The notes beneath the pieces are model-generated. The model did no database searches. It had not been told where the DNA came from and saw only the letters and a list, made by a program, of their open reading frames with translations. A stretch of 63,253 nucleotides of DNA, counting the filler, from Reticulomyxa filosa (Eukaryota > Protista > Foraminifera), in NCBI GenBank assembly GCA_000512085.1. It is 24 parts of 24 records of this genome, joined end to end, with 100 filler letters (N's around TTAATTAATTAA, not from the genome) between each part and the next. Parts side by side here need not be neighbours in the genome. Positions count along the whole stretch, not along the records: positions 24,825 to 27,237 come from ASPP01026398.1; positions 27,338 to 28,337 come from ASPP01049061.1; positions 28,438 to 29,808 come from ASPP01027146.1; positions 29,909 to 34,570 come from ASPP01011291.1; positions 34,671 to 36,792 come from ASPP01006745.1; positions 36,893 to 39,107 come from ASPP01009150.1; positions 39,208 to 40,995 come from ASPP01016204.1; 17 more parts are not named here. One strand, 5' to 3'. Positions 26,813 to 39,223 of this stretch are shown piece after piece. The position numbers and the translations under genes are program-made. Within the stretch, counting starts at the first letter, position 1. Each line of letters begins with the position of its first letter.

Positions 26813-27217
26813 TTAACAGATTCTCGTTTTATCTCTTTCATCCGCACATTTGACTTCTGTGGACATATCCCAAATTTGTTCTTCAGTTATTTCTTTAAGT
26901 TTTGAGAATTCTTCAAGAAGCATTCGCTGAACAGCTCCATTTTCTTGAATATCAGTATAAGGATATTGTTGGTACATTTGAATGTTTTTGACGCGCTCTA
27001 GCAGTCGTAGTGACAGACTAACATTGAGTATTTCTCGATCTCCCACTTTTTCGGTGCTTTTACCAATAAATATCAACTCTTGCAAAGAGATTTCAAGAGG
27101 CAGAACGGCAGGGAGTTCCGCAGCGCGGACCAATCGTCGTAAATTGCAATAACCACGATCAGAAGAACATATTGTTTTAATTTGTGCAAACTGTTCTTTG
27201 TGTTTTTCAGGAACTTT
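26813..27217 (-). CDS. RasGEF (CDC25 domain) protein, last exon
   Basis: KVPEKHKEQFAQIKTICSSDRGYCNLRRLVRAAELPAVLPLEISLQELIFI...ILNVS...VKNIQMYQQYPY follows the CDC25 C-terminal pattern. TAG acceptor at 27218-27220. Confidence 0.8.
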   Translation of the reverse strand, partial: KVPEKHKEQFAQIKTICSSDRGYCNLRRLVRAAELPAVLPLEISLQELIFIGKSTEKVGDREILNVSLSLRLLERVKNIQMYQQYPYTDIQENGAVQRMLLEEFSKLKEITEEQIWDMSTEVKCADERDKTRIC

Positions 27218-27337
27218 CTAAGAACAAAAAAAAAAAANNNNNNNNNNNNNNNNNNNNNNNNNNNNNNNNNNNNNNNNNNNNTTAATTAATTAANNNNNNN
27301 NNNNNNNNNNNNNNNNNNNNNNNNNNNNNNNNNNNNN

Positions 27338-28337
27338 ATCTGATGTAGTCTCCACTTTGTCAATTAGTGTATTGCACCAAGGATCAGGACATTTGATTTC
27401 CTTGCAATAACCCTGATATTTCTTTACAAAAAAGGGATGTCCGTTTGAGCAATAACGAATTACAAACTCTGTTTCTTGTGTTTTGTTTTCGGGCTGCTCA
27501 CCTGGTTTGCGCTCTTTTTCAAATTTATTGGGATTAGTTAACAATACTTTGAATGGATTATCTGCAATAGTTCAAGTACAGTCAATTCCCATTTTCCACA
27601 AAAATAAACAAGCAAACAAAGAAATAACAATGTAGAGAACTCTTCGTAATTTGCAGGGTACCCAACCAGTGAAAACAAAGACGGGCAATGATTTCATCAG
27701 TTGCATCTTTAAAATTTGACGAATGAAATATTGTCTGTGAATCTGTTGACAGCAATTTATTTACAAATGCTTGCTCCACTGCTGAAATTTTGAAATTCAG
27801 ATTTTGTAAAAATTTGGTGGTCCTTATTTCTGTACAGATGACATGAACACAGGTTTGTTGTCTCTTGGATTATCTGTCATATAATATATACACATATATA
27901 TATGTAAGTGTTTGAGTTATACATAACTTGACAATCTTTCGTGCTGAGGGAGGAATATTGATATGGAGAGTGCAGCAGTTAATAAGGGAGAGAGATCTTG
28001 TTTGTCCTCGCTGCAACAATTGTAATTACCTAATGTTAATTTCTCTTTGAAATATTTGTATCTCTTTCGAAACGTTTCATTAAATGGCTGTTCGAACTGG
28101 TCCTTGCTACGTTGCCATTGCAATTGAGAGAAGACGTCGCTCAGTTCCTTGAGAGCAAAGAGCGATTGTGCAAAGAAATGTTTTGTCCAATTGACACCTT
28201 TCAGCAAATAACATTCTCTTAAAAACCACTCATGTAAATTTTGCTCATATTCGTTCGAAGAATAATCAAAATCGGTTTGTCTGTTTCTGAAATATAACAA
28301 ATCTTTGCAAATGTTATCGAATATCGATCTCAATTCA
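27338..28337 (-). CDS. RNF213-like protein fragment containing an RZ-type zinc finger
   Basis: IIARLCFHWLGTL..|NPFKVLLTNPNKF...RYCSNGHPFFVKKYQGYCKEIKCPDPWCNTLI parallels RNF213 (LAF.PATM..AFLPTMP...YTCPNGHPCSVGECG.PM...C..C..PIGG). Confidence 0.65.
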
Positions 28338-29908
28338 NNNNNNNNNNNNNNNNNNNNNNNNNNNNNNNNNNNNNNNNNNNNTTAATTAATTAANNNNNNN
28401 NNNNNNNNNNNNNNNNNNNNNNNNNNNNNNNNNNNNNTTATCATCATAAAATATCGTTTTAGGCGTTCAGTTTTCTTTGCAACCTACTGTACATTCCTTT
28501 AAGATCGCATTATGTTGTTTTTTTAAATTTAGAAAATGGATTGTTGCAAATCAAATGTACGAATAACTCGATTATTATATTATGTTGTATCACTCAATTT
28601 TTTTTTAATTTAATGGAAAAAAAAAAGACAACATTTTTTTTGCTATTTGTGGGAAAAATATCCAAAAAATAGGATTTTTTTTCTTATCAAAAAAAAGGTC
28701 CCCCATTGTGAAAACAGAAATAATCCAGATTATTCAAAACAAAAAAAACCAAAAATTTACAAATTTAAATTTTTGTTATGTTGCATCAATGAGTTCACAT
28801 TTTTTAGTCCTGAAATGTTTAGGTACCTATTTTGTAAAATGCAATTGTACGTAATAAAAAAAAAAAGTCAAGACACAACTAGGCATGTTTTGAAAATAGA
28901 AAAGTGTTCCATTACTCAACTTTGGCAATTGCAAAGAAATTTCTTCTTCACAAGTTCAAAGTTATTGACATTCACTATCACTTTACAACAAAAAAAAAAC
29001 ACGAAAGAATTTTTATTTTCTCTTCTTAAAAAAAAATTGCAATATTAAAAATTATGTAATTCATGAAAAAGAAAAAGTTGTAATAAAATTTTCAATTTCA
29101 AATTTATTTGCATCATTTGATGCTGCTTTGCCAAAAAAAAAAGAAATTGTGATCAAAACGTGACTTTAATATTTGTCTTTGTTTAATGGCATTAAATTTG
29201 AACGATTAAAAGAATATATGAATTAATATGTATTAAACTTTTGACAACAAAAGATTGTTTATCCTTATTTCGTCTATTGTAAAAAAAACCTATCTTTGAG
29301 TCCGTATGTGCTTTTTTTTTTTTTTTGCTGCGACATTATCTAAAATTTTCATCCTTTTTCATAAAAAAATGTATTAATCAAAGAATTCTCTCTCTGCATG
29401 CTTACAAATAATCCAATGGAATAACAAAAACGTCATTTTAAAAATTTATTTCATTTATTGTGTTCGTCTCAAGCTTAGGCTTAGTGACTAAGAATTGTGA
29501 TGCAAGCCAGAGGAAGATTATATGTTTGCAAATGATAAAAGAGAATGTAAAATTTTATCTATGAAACATATCATTTCCATAATTATTGTTATTTGATACA
29601 ATTTGTGTGACTTTTTTTTTTAATCGTTTTGGAATTTTCTAAAAATGTACAAAAAGAATTCTATAGAAACGACTACACTCTGAAATACCAATTTGCTGAT
29701 TTCCTGCTGCCTTGCAATATTTTTGTTAAATTGAATCAAATGGAACAAAAAAAGTAATAGCTTGAGGCTCACATACATAAATGGCACTATATGAAGAGAA
29801 TCGATTTTNNNNNNNNNNNNNNNNNNNNNNNNNNNNNNNNNNNNNNNNNNNNTTAATTAATTAANNNNNNNNNNNNNNNNNNNNNNNNNNNNNNNNNNNN
29901 NNNNNNNN

Positions 29909-29943
<35 letters not shown>

Positions 29944-29949
29944 TAATGT

Positions 29950-31952
29950 AGTTGCCAGTTCGTTGAATAGAAATCTATCGATAAATTTGGACAATTCACT
30001 TGGAAACAACATAATCATCCCAACCAAAGACTTAACCATACCTTCTGTTTTGTCGATGGAAGACAGAACTGGATTTGACATGATTGGCCGGGATAAAAAA
30101 CTGGACCAGGACAACAAAACACTGCTGATGATGAAAGGGGACATGAAAATGCACGAAAATGTCCTTGCCAATGTCATTGGTGGAATGATTGTAAATGGGG
30201 GAAGTCATATCCACAATGGCGTTGGCGTCAACTTGAATAATAGCCTGAGTTCTGGCAGTGGAATACCCCTTTTCAACTCTTTGGCCATGAATGAACTCGA
30301 TCGAACTGAAAAGAAAGATGGCATCATTATTGTCACAAACCATATGAACAATGCCATTATCAACAACAATAGTAATAATAATAATAATAATAACAACAAC
30401 AACAACAGTACTACCAATAGCATCAACAACAATAACAATAATAACAATGGCAATAATAATAACAATAATGTCAACAACAATAATAATAATAATAATAACA
30501 ACAATAATAACAATAATAACAATAATAATAATAACAATAATAATAATAATAACAATAACAACACTGTCAATGTCGACACAAGCCATAATAGTGGAATTGG
30601 TATTTGTGGTAACGATAACAATGATGGAAGCAGTGAGGTGGTGTTGTATAATGTCGTTGTAACTGGATTCGACGGAAAGCAGTTGGGGAAAGAGGAACTA
30701 ATGGAACTGTTCAAAGATTGTAAAGAAATGGTTGATTTGAAGTTAGTTGGATCTCATTGCGCAATGGTATATTTCCGAGGCCGAGAGGCAGCTCAATATG
30801 CTGAGTCTCGAATGCACGGACTGGAAATTGGTTGGAATGATGAAAACTTTAGCCATTCCAATGATCACACTCTTTCAAATAGCAGCCTCCATGACAATCA
30901 CGCTGAAACCACAACAAAGGATAATGATAGAGATCACAAAGAAGCAGAAACACAGCATCCTAACCCAATCAACAAGGAAAAGCTTAAAGAAAAGACAAGG
31001 ATAAAGAAAAAGAAAAAGACAAAGATAAAGAAAAAGAGGTTGAAAAAGACAAAGACAAAGAAACTGATAAAGATAAAGACAAGGAAAAAGAAAAAGAAAA
31101 AGAGAATTTGAAAAAAGTTTGTAAATTAAGCGTTAAATTTGTCAATAGACCCACAGTAATGCCTACCCAAGTGGTAGCAACTAAAAAAAGGAAATTAGGT
31201 ATTACATTCTCTGTTCATGCTACCATCACACAACTGAATCAGGCAATAGAATCTTGTAAACTCTATTGTCTGTGTATTTCTTCTACAGAAGAGGCCATTG
31301 GAGGATCACCATCAAAACGAATGCGGTTGAATGATAATAGTACAATGGAACAAAATAGCTTATTTGGGATCGAAACTTCTGAACAAACTTATCGTCGCCA
31401 CCGGCGAATGAAAGTGCACAACCATTTGGAAAAAATGAACAGTTATATTAACAATCTAGAAAAAGAGCTTCTGGTTAACGACGGCATATTTCGCCAAGAC
31501 AGTGAAATGAATAAACTCTGGAAAAAGCTCATACGGAGTACATTGAAGTTTCAAAATAAAACTGTCTTTTTTTTTTTTTTTTTTTTGAAAAAATAAAGCC
31601 ATTTTTATTTTGGAAATGCTTTATTCTATGACCATAGTCCATTAGAGTGTCGAATAGATATGATCAACAAACCTACTGTCGACTACTGGAATCATATGAT
31701 CGAGTGAACGAATGTGAAAGAAAACTATTGGGGTTAGAATATGAACGCGGAGTGATGCAATTGAAGTTGAAATATTTAAATGAATGTCACCGAGAACGAA
31801 GGCAAAAATATAAATCAGGACAAAATCACCAAAGTGATGATGATGAAAAAATAGAAAAAGAAGACACTTCAGTCAACCTCGTCCAAAACGAAATCTTGCT
31901 TATAAGTAATGAAAAAGATCATAACTCAACTGGAGTTAACTCCAATGTCTAA
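29950..31952 (+). CDS. Low-complexity RRM-containing protein (poly-Asn and KDKE tracts), 3' part
   Basis: NVVVTGFD.KQLGKEELMELFKDC.EMVDLKLVGSHCAMVYFRGREAAQYAESRMHG is RRM-like. After an apparent 1-nt deletion near 30990 the frame reads KDKDKEKE...CKLSVKFVN. Final exon ends at 31952. Confidence 0.7.
30359..30562 (+). repeat. (AAT/AAC)n coding microsatellite (poly-Asn)
   Basis: About 200 bp of AAT/AAC repeats. Confidence 0.95.
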
Positions 31953-32342
31953 TACTTATTACTTTTGGCAACATACTATCTTCCCCGCGCTGTTTTCTTT
32001 TCGTCCTCACTTTGCAAGTGATGTGAACAAAAAAAAAAAAACAAGCAGCGTTTGCTTTTTTTTCTTTGTTTGTTTTTGATAAAACATTTTCTGTTTGCAT
32101 TGTTACTTCAAATTTAACAACACCATTCTAATACGACAAAGGTAACTTTTTTCGTCAATCTGTTCCATTCACAAATCGAGTTATTTTAATTTTTTTTTTT
32201 GAAAGATTAGAATTTTTAAGTTGGCCTGGAAGGAAAATTAAGTTAATTGACCTTCTGCTATTATCAAGCAATTTTCGTTTCTTCTCAACACAAAAAATTA
32301 AGATCATTCCTTCAATATATTGAATGACATCGTCATTCTTGA

Positions 32343-34245
32343 TCAAACCAATTCTTTATTCAAATGTCTAAAAGAAAAAAAAGACAACACAACCTCGACC
32401 CAACTACTAAAAATCTTGAATCAACAAAAAACCAATTAAAAAAGAAAAAATAATAATGCAAACAATGCCAACAAATAAAAACATTAAACATAAGACAACA
32501 TCTATAATATGCAACACGGACATAACCTTTTTTTAGGAAAATTTAACAATGGGGTTGTTGGTTGAGTTGGATTAAACACGACTGTCCCGACGTCTCCACT
32601 ATCGGTCATAATACATAATTAATTTTTGTTTACTTTCAAAGGATAAAAATTAAACCAAAAAAAAAAAAAATTAATTTAGATCAAAAACATCAATCATTAT
32701 TATTATTTTTTTTTGGTAATCAATAGAGTAACGGGATGACAGTGCTTGCAGGTAAAGTGCCTTCAATTTTGACAGGCAATTGACTGACATTTTCGAGGCG
32801 TAAGTAATGGCAAATTTTGTTGCATTGATGAGTTCTTAAAAATTGGTTAATACCCTTTTGACTCAAATTGCCTTTACCAAAGGATTTTACATTTTCGGTA
32901 GTGTGAATTTGTGGGTCAGTGTATACATCATTAACACCTTGAATGTCAATCACTAATAATTTGCCTTTGCTAGCTTCGTAAGTAAAGTGCGCAAATGCTT
33001 GAGGAGTGCTCCTGGCCTCGTCCTCATCAACCCAGCCACTGTTGTTGTTATGCTTACGATAGTCACCCTCGATAAACTTCTCCATATGACACAATGGTGA
33101 GCCTTCTCTTTGTACTAATTGGAGTACATTGGCTTCCAAAAAATCAACACGTTTTGGTGGATTGTCTATTATTAGTATATTCCAAATGATTTGTTCAACA
33201 ATAATCACAATGATAACAGTAATAATAATAAAAATGTCCAAACAATATACTGAGAAAAGAAATAGGTATATACACATGAATTGTATCCATTGGGGCCATT
33301 ACAAAAATATCTGGCAATGGCCTGCATTTTGACATCATTGAAATAAATATCCTTGGATAGATTATCCTTCATATCTTGGCTCATTTTAGCCACCCATTTT
33401 TCTTCTGGATGGCTTAAATCCTGTAAATGAAACACATAGCGTAGCCCTCCGCTCTGAAACGGTATTTCATCAATCTTCACTTTGCATTTCTCTTGTCGCC
33501 AATCATTATTTTCATAATCAAAAATATATCTACCAACCCCCCCCAGACGAAATAGTTTGCAAAAAGAATCAACAAAACAGGTAGACTAGACTATAATATG
33601 AAACAGTAAAAACCTTACTTAATAGCTTCTTCTGATCTCTTCTTTGACCAATCTGGTGGTGAGTGAAATTGAACTTCCATCTCTGTATTCATTTTTTTTT
33701 TGTTCGCACGCATCAAACACAAAATGGCGCTGACAAAGGTTTATTGCAATAATACAATTATTATACGTACCCGTATTTAATATTATTATTATCTGTTTTT
33801 GTCTTTGTGAAAAATAGACTTCAATCCTGAGAAAGGAAATACATTCAAAAGAATAAACAAATTTGACGCCTCACTTTATTGTTGTTTGCACTTTTCTTTG
33901 ATACATAACTTTCCTTTTCTTTTTTTATTACTAAGTGAGAATGCTCTGGTGTTGCCACAATTTTCCGAGAGGTTGATTTTATTGTCGATTTTTTTCTGTT
34001 CGTGGGATTGTGTTGGTTTCTTTTAAATAGACGCTCTTTAATCTCCGTCCCCCCGTCCCCCCCTCCCCTTTTTTTTACAACTGTGATTTCGATATTGTGG
34101 AGCGGCTACACGTTAATTCGTCGACTATTGCTGTTTTTCTGGACTCATATTCTTCTTCTGTTATCAGTTCTCCGTCCCTCAGCGCCTTCAGACGATTTAA
34201 TCTTTGCAAACCGTCTTGAAAAATTTCATCATTTTCTTCCCTCAT
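32343..34245 (-). CDS. Alpha-kinase (eEF2K/MHCK family) with an N-terminal SHOCT-like domain
   Basis: PFQSGGLRYVF, WVAK, YFNDVKMQAIA, PPKRVDFL, EKFIEGDYRKHNNNSG, PQAFAHFTYEAS..LLVIDIQGV..YTDPQIHT, FGKGNL and F..THQCNKIC. Exon 1 encodes RLNRLKALRDGELITEEEYESRKTAIVDEL. The 3' exon boundaries are uncertain. Confidence 0.92.
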
Positions 34246-34698
34246 TGGAAAATTGTGGGTATTTTATGGAGAACTATTCGAATGCATGAAACGCAAACTG
34301 AACGACGCTGACTAAAGCAAAGGTCACCCTTTTCAATTAAAAACGCTAACGACACGTAGAAATTGCAATGTGCTGTTTCACTTCTCTTTGATTAAAATTA
34401 AGTACGCCACAGCACATAAAAAAAACAACACAACAATCAAATTATGATGAATTGAAGAGTTTCTTAAAAAAGGTCTAGTTCCAGTTTTTTTTTTTTGATA
34501 TCCAGCATCATTTGTCTCGTTCCTTTAAATCAAAGATTAAGAAAAAAAAAAAGTGATTCCAGGATTGCCGNNNNNNNNNNNNNNNNNNNNNNNNNNNNNN
34601 NNNNNNNNNNNNNNTTAATTAATTAANNNNNNNNNNNNNNNNNNNNNNNNNNNNNNNNNNNNNNNNNNNNAAAAAAAAAAAAAAAAAAAAAAATGTAA

Positions 34699-35275
34699 CT
34701 TTGCATGCTGGCTTGGATAAACCGTTTTCAGAACAATCAACACTGCACATGGAACTGTCTCCCTTAGTGCACGCAAAATTAATTTCCGAAAACCCATCAT
34801 CTGGTACCGAATACAGCTTACATGTGGATACCGGGCCGAAACAATTCACATTCAACACTTGCGTGTTGGTACTTTCCGCAACTGCCAATATGCTCATGTC
34901 TTTCACTGTTTGCACCACACAGTTGGTCATACTAGTCCACTTTGGAATAAAGTTTGCTTTCTGCTCCGTTGGCGGCAGTATCTCTTCATTTAGTAGACCA
35001 AGTACACCGCAGTATACGTTCACTGTGTTCGCTGCTGTCTTCAACGTAAACTCTTCGATACTTGTATATACGGTCAAGTTGGCGCATGAGCCGGCACGTG
35101 AGCAGTCCACCGTAAACGAGACGCTTTTGGAAGTTGACGGGCAAAACAACTCCGCGTTCACACAGTCAACTTCAGTACTGCAGAGTAGGCTGCTGCCACT
35201 GCAGTCGATGCGCTTGCTCCACGCAAGGGAACTAAATAGTCCCACAAAGTGCAATAAAATACTGGTAAAACGCAT
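34699..35275 (-). CDS. Secreted cysteine-rich protein, 5' exon
   Basis: Signal peptide MRFTSILLHFVGLFSSLAWS, then recurring (V/I)xC....xxC units. Confidence 0.7.
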
Positions 35276-37274
35276 ACCGGAAAAATTTGTTTTAAGTTTG
35301 AAAAGAGGGGGAAAAAAAAAACTTTTGGAGACCTCTGCTTAACAGCTCCTGTTTGTTCAGTGTTTTGAGAAGGCAAGAAACAAATACTTGTAAGATCGAG
35401 GTGTACGAACACAAAATAGCAAATGCATCTCCTTGTGCTGAAAATTGTTTGTTCCAAGTAGTTAATTGATAAGAATGTTCTAAATTTTGGAGAAATTGAT
35501 TTGTTGTGACATTGTTTGATCAAAGTATGTTTTCATCTCAATAATATATTATTCATACATAAACAAAAAGAACAGCAACGAACCAAGTGCTGGATTATAA
35601 CTAAAAATTCACGTTTAGTCCTTGATGAGATAGCTTTTTAAAAATTTGTAATAAAAGCTTCAACAATACAAAAAACATGAAACATTGATTTTTGCAACAA
35701 ATATTTAATTTAATCATATATGTACAGTATCTGCTATATTACGTTAGAGGACAAAATTGAAAATTTGAGGTTTAACTTATGTTAATGTTTAATGTTTTTT
35801 ATGTAGTCATGTTATGATTGATAAAATGATCGTCAAATTGTTCAATAAATAATATTAATTGTATAATATTATTTAAATTTTTATTTGTTTGTTAAAAAAA
35901 AAAATTATATTAGTTATAACCCGTTTCTGCTAGTTTAGTATAGATTGACCACTCAGCAATCACAGCATTAAAAAAAGTTTATAAACCTTTGAAAATAAAA
36001 AAAATAGACAATTGATGACAGATAAAAAAATAAAAATCTGGAACTGGACCCTTTTTAGGAAACTATCGCACCAGTCATTATTAAATGTATTTTTAAGTAA
36101 AAATATAATTTCTGCTTTAACAAACCAAAATAAAAACTATTTCGGCATAAAAAAGAGCAATCTAAATTAACTGACCATACGAACATAACTTCTGGCAGAC
36201 AACGATGAAAAATCTCGGTGTCAAGATTGATGAAGATTATAATTATGATAGCCAAAATGAGAATAGAACCATCTCACTAAATTCCACTGGTCTGAACACA
36301 ATTGAAAACACAGTTTTACAATTTTTGCAGTCTAATTTTTTGTTCTATTTACTTTTTAAGTATAGTCGAAAAAGATAGTTAAACTATTTTGGCGCAACAC
36401 AGCCAAGGATAAAGATGTTTAATATATTATACAATTGTTTTTTGTTTCTATTTTATTGTTTCGAAGGGAAGAAGTTTGAAATGATTTTGTGATAGTTCCA
36501 ACAAATTGTCCTCAGTATCGTTTTTAGCAAACACGGAGTATTTTTCAGGGAATAAATTTTGAAGTATATTGTTGCATTTATTGGCAGATATGATGGCACA
36601 AACATCTCATAAAGAAAGTTTTTCGGAACCAGGTAAAAAAACCCAGGATGATTGTGGTAAACGTCACAATAAAAAGAGTCTTGATTGAGCGTGACATTAA
36701 TTTTTCTTAGTTTTTTTTTTTTAATGAGCCACTATGTTGTGAATCTTAACAAAAGAGGAGGGGAAAAAAATATATATATGTATGTATATGAANNNNNNNN
36801 NNNNNNNNNNNNNNNNNNNNNNNNNNNNNNNNNNNNTTAATTAATTAANNNNNNNNNNNNNNNNNNNNNNNNNNNNNNNNNNNNNNNNNNNNACAATATC
36901 AAACAAAATAAGTGAACGAAAACATCAATTTTCGCTATCATTTTATCAAAAAATGTTCATTTGTTCAATTACAAAAAAAAATTTATATTTTGCTGTTTTT
37001 CAAAAGTGTTTACAAGGGGATTTAAAAAACTTATTGTTATTGCAGAAAAAATCATTTTCTTTATTAATTCAAAAACAATAAACGATACGATATATTTTTT
37101 AACAGTCCAAATGTACGACCGTATACCATTAACTTTTGTTAAAATTCGAGTTGTTATTGTTATTTACAAACAAGGATTTAGCTTAGAGGTTGTATTTAGT
37201 AACATTTAATGTTTTATTTTACGTAATGAGAAAAGAAAAGAAGATTTTGATCACGAATTTTTTGTTTTTGCGGT

Positions 37275-39062
37275 TCACAAGAAACGAACAAAAACGACCA
37301 AGTTAACACGTTGCCCACAAGTGATTGGCAGCACACGATGTGAGTTTGCCCCTTCAAAAACAACCATTTGCCCAATTTTGTGAGGAATGGAAACTTGATC
37401 GACAAATTCGAGGGACCCCCCTCGGAAGCCCGTTTTGCCAAAACACAAGTCCATGGTGACATCACTGTCATCACAATGAACGCCAGTGACAGCGCCATTG
37501 CTGTCCACCTCAATGTTATTTGGAACATAGCAGAATGTATCCTTGTCAGAGGATTGACCGTTATTTGTGTGTGAGGTTTCTTTTAAAACAAAGCCTTTGA
37601 CGGCAATGTCTTTGAATTGAAAATTAAAGTGGCGTTGCAGTATTTGTTTCGCAAACGAGTGCACATATTTTTCCAAATTCAATTCATCCAAGCCAAAGTC
37701 GAGAAAGCGAACGCCAAGTGTTTGAGAATAGAGTTCGCAAAACTGGATGATTTCACGAGATAAGTGATTAAAGTATTCACTATTCCAAATGCCATCGACA
37801 CAGTAGATTTCTCTATCCCTTGCCTTTTTTTCCACACTGAGACAAGTTGACATGTGTTCTGATCGCTCGCAGTCTGTTGGTTCGTTTATCGCAGACATGT
37901 ATCTTGCCCAACGCCATCCGTTGTGTTCACTCTCAACGCCGATGGTATTCGCAAGTAACTGTTCGCGTCGCGCTTGCACTTGACACAATTGTCCCAAAAA
38001 CACACTTTCGACGGTATCTATGTCTGTAAATTTCCTCCTATATAAATATATAAATATGTAAATATATTTATATGTAATAATATTTAACAACAATAACAAC
38101 AACATCTGAAAAACACTTTATGTTTGGACATCAATATTTTATATTGCAAATTCGAAAGGGAAAAGGGTGAAGCAATGTAAAAGTGATTAGATGGATGGAT
38201 GGATGTGTGCAAAGAAAATCGAAACTCGGTTTGCGAGCCAACGTCAAAAAAGAAGGCATCTCCGCCCCTGAGCCTCAGCACCAAATGCAAAGTCGACCCC
38301 GACTGAACGCCATAATGACCTAAAAGCCGTTCGTCTTCGAGTCTCTTGCCAGCAAAATCATCCGCTGTTGGTCCTCTGGGATGCCTTCTTTCCACTTCAC
38401 TAGTTTTTTCATCTCGTCGATGGACATGCCCGCCGAGGCTTGTAAATAGATTGTCCTTGCGGTCAACGTCTTGACATATCTGCATGCATGTGTATACGTA
38501 TACGTATACAAATATATCTTATCATGTGTATACGTGTGGTGTGATATCCTACAAGAGTATTCGATAAGGAGGAGGGAATATGTATACGTATTATGTATAT
38601 GTATTACGTAGAAAAGAGAATCTTAAGACATGTCAAAGAAAGTTTCTCCAGCATGATGCTTCTTCATCAACTCTAGTTCATCTTCGACAGGCGGACGAGG
38701 TGGTCTTCGAGGGACCAGATCTTGAGGATCTTTGTCTGCATTAATGGGGTCGTTCAAGACACTTGTCCAGCCAACACCACAGTCATTGAAATTCCTTACG
38801 CCGCACCACGACAGCTCGGTACCGTAGAATGGCAACACCACGTCCGTCCACACGGCCAATGGCAGGTTGTACACGGACGTACAAATCTGTTGTGCCATCT
38901 CCGCTCGCGAGTTATATTCGGACACTTCGACTTGAGGAAATAGGTAATGCTGAGGCTCTGGTCCACCCGCGTTCTTGTTGTTCACTTCCGCCGCTTTGTT
39001 TAAAAACTCCACTAAATTCGATTCGTACAATCGTGCTATTTCTGGGTTCAATGGTTTCGAAT
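37275..39062 (-). CDS. Ubiquitin-like domain / 2OG-Fe(II) dioxygenase (OGFOD2-like) fusion protein, 5'-partial
   Basis: Introns 38480-38629 and 38038-38225 join in phase: ..TFFDI|[24 protein letters not shown](F)[31 protein letters not shown]|RKFTD...[22 protein letters not shown]...[18 protein letters not shown]. One T is missing from the homopolymer at 38354-38357. Confidence 0.85.
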
Positions 39063-39223
39063 CTGTGTATCCGCCTTCCTTTTTTTTTTTTTTTTTTTTT
39101 TTTTTTTNNNNNNNNNNNNNNNNNNNNNNNNNNNNNNNNNNNNNNNNNNNNTTAATTAATTAANNNNNNNNNNNNNNNNNNNNNNNNNNNNNNNNNNNNN
39201 NNNNNNNGGGGGGGGAAGAGAAT

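Noticed and set aside
30032-30714. Poly-Leu/Ile/Val 'membrane' ORFs on the opposite strand or other frames (also 1260-1604, 20009-20380, 25113-25364, 40282-41043)
   Set aside because: Shadow frames of trinucleotide-repeat or charged coding regions.
38350-38360. Programmed ribosomal frameshifting as a general mechanism
   Set aside because: The single-base shifts (11215, 26150, 30990, 38355, 48722) mostly fall in homopolymers or repeats, go in both directions and share no signal. Sequencing error or decay is simpler.
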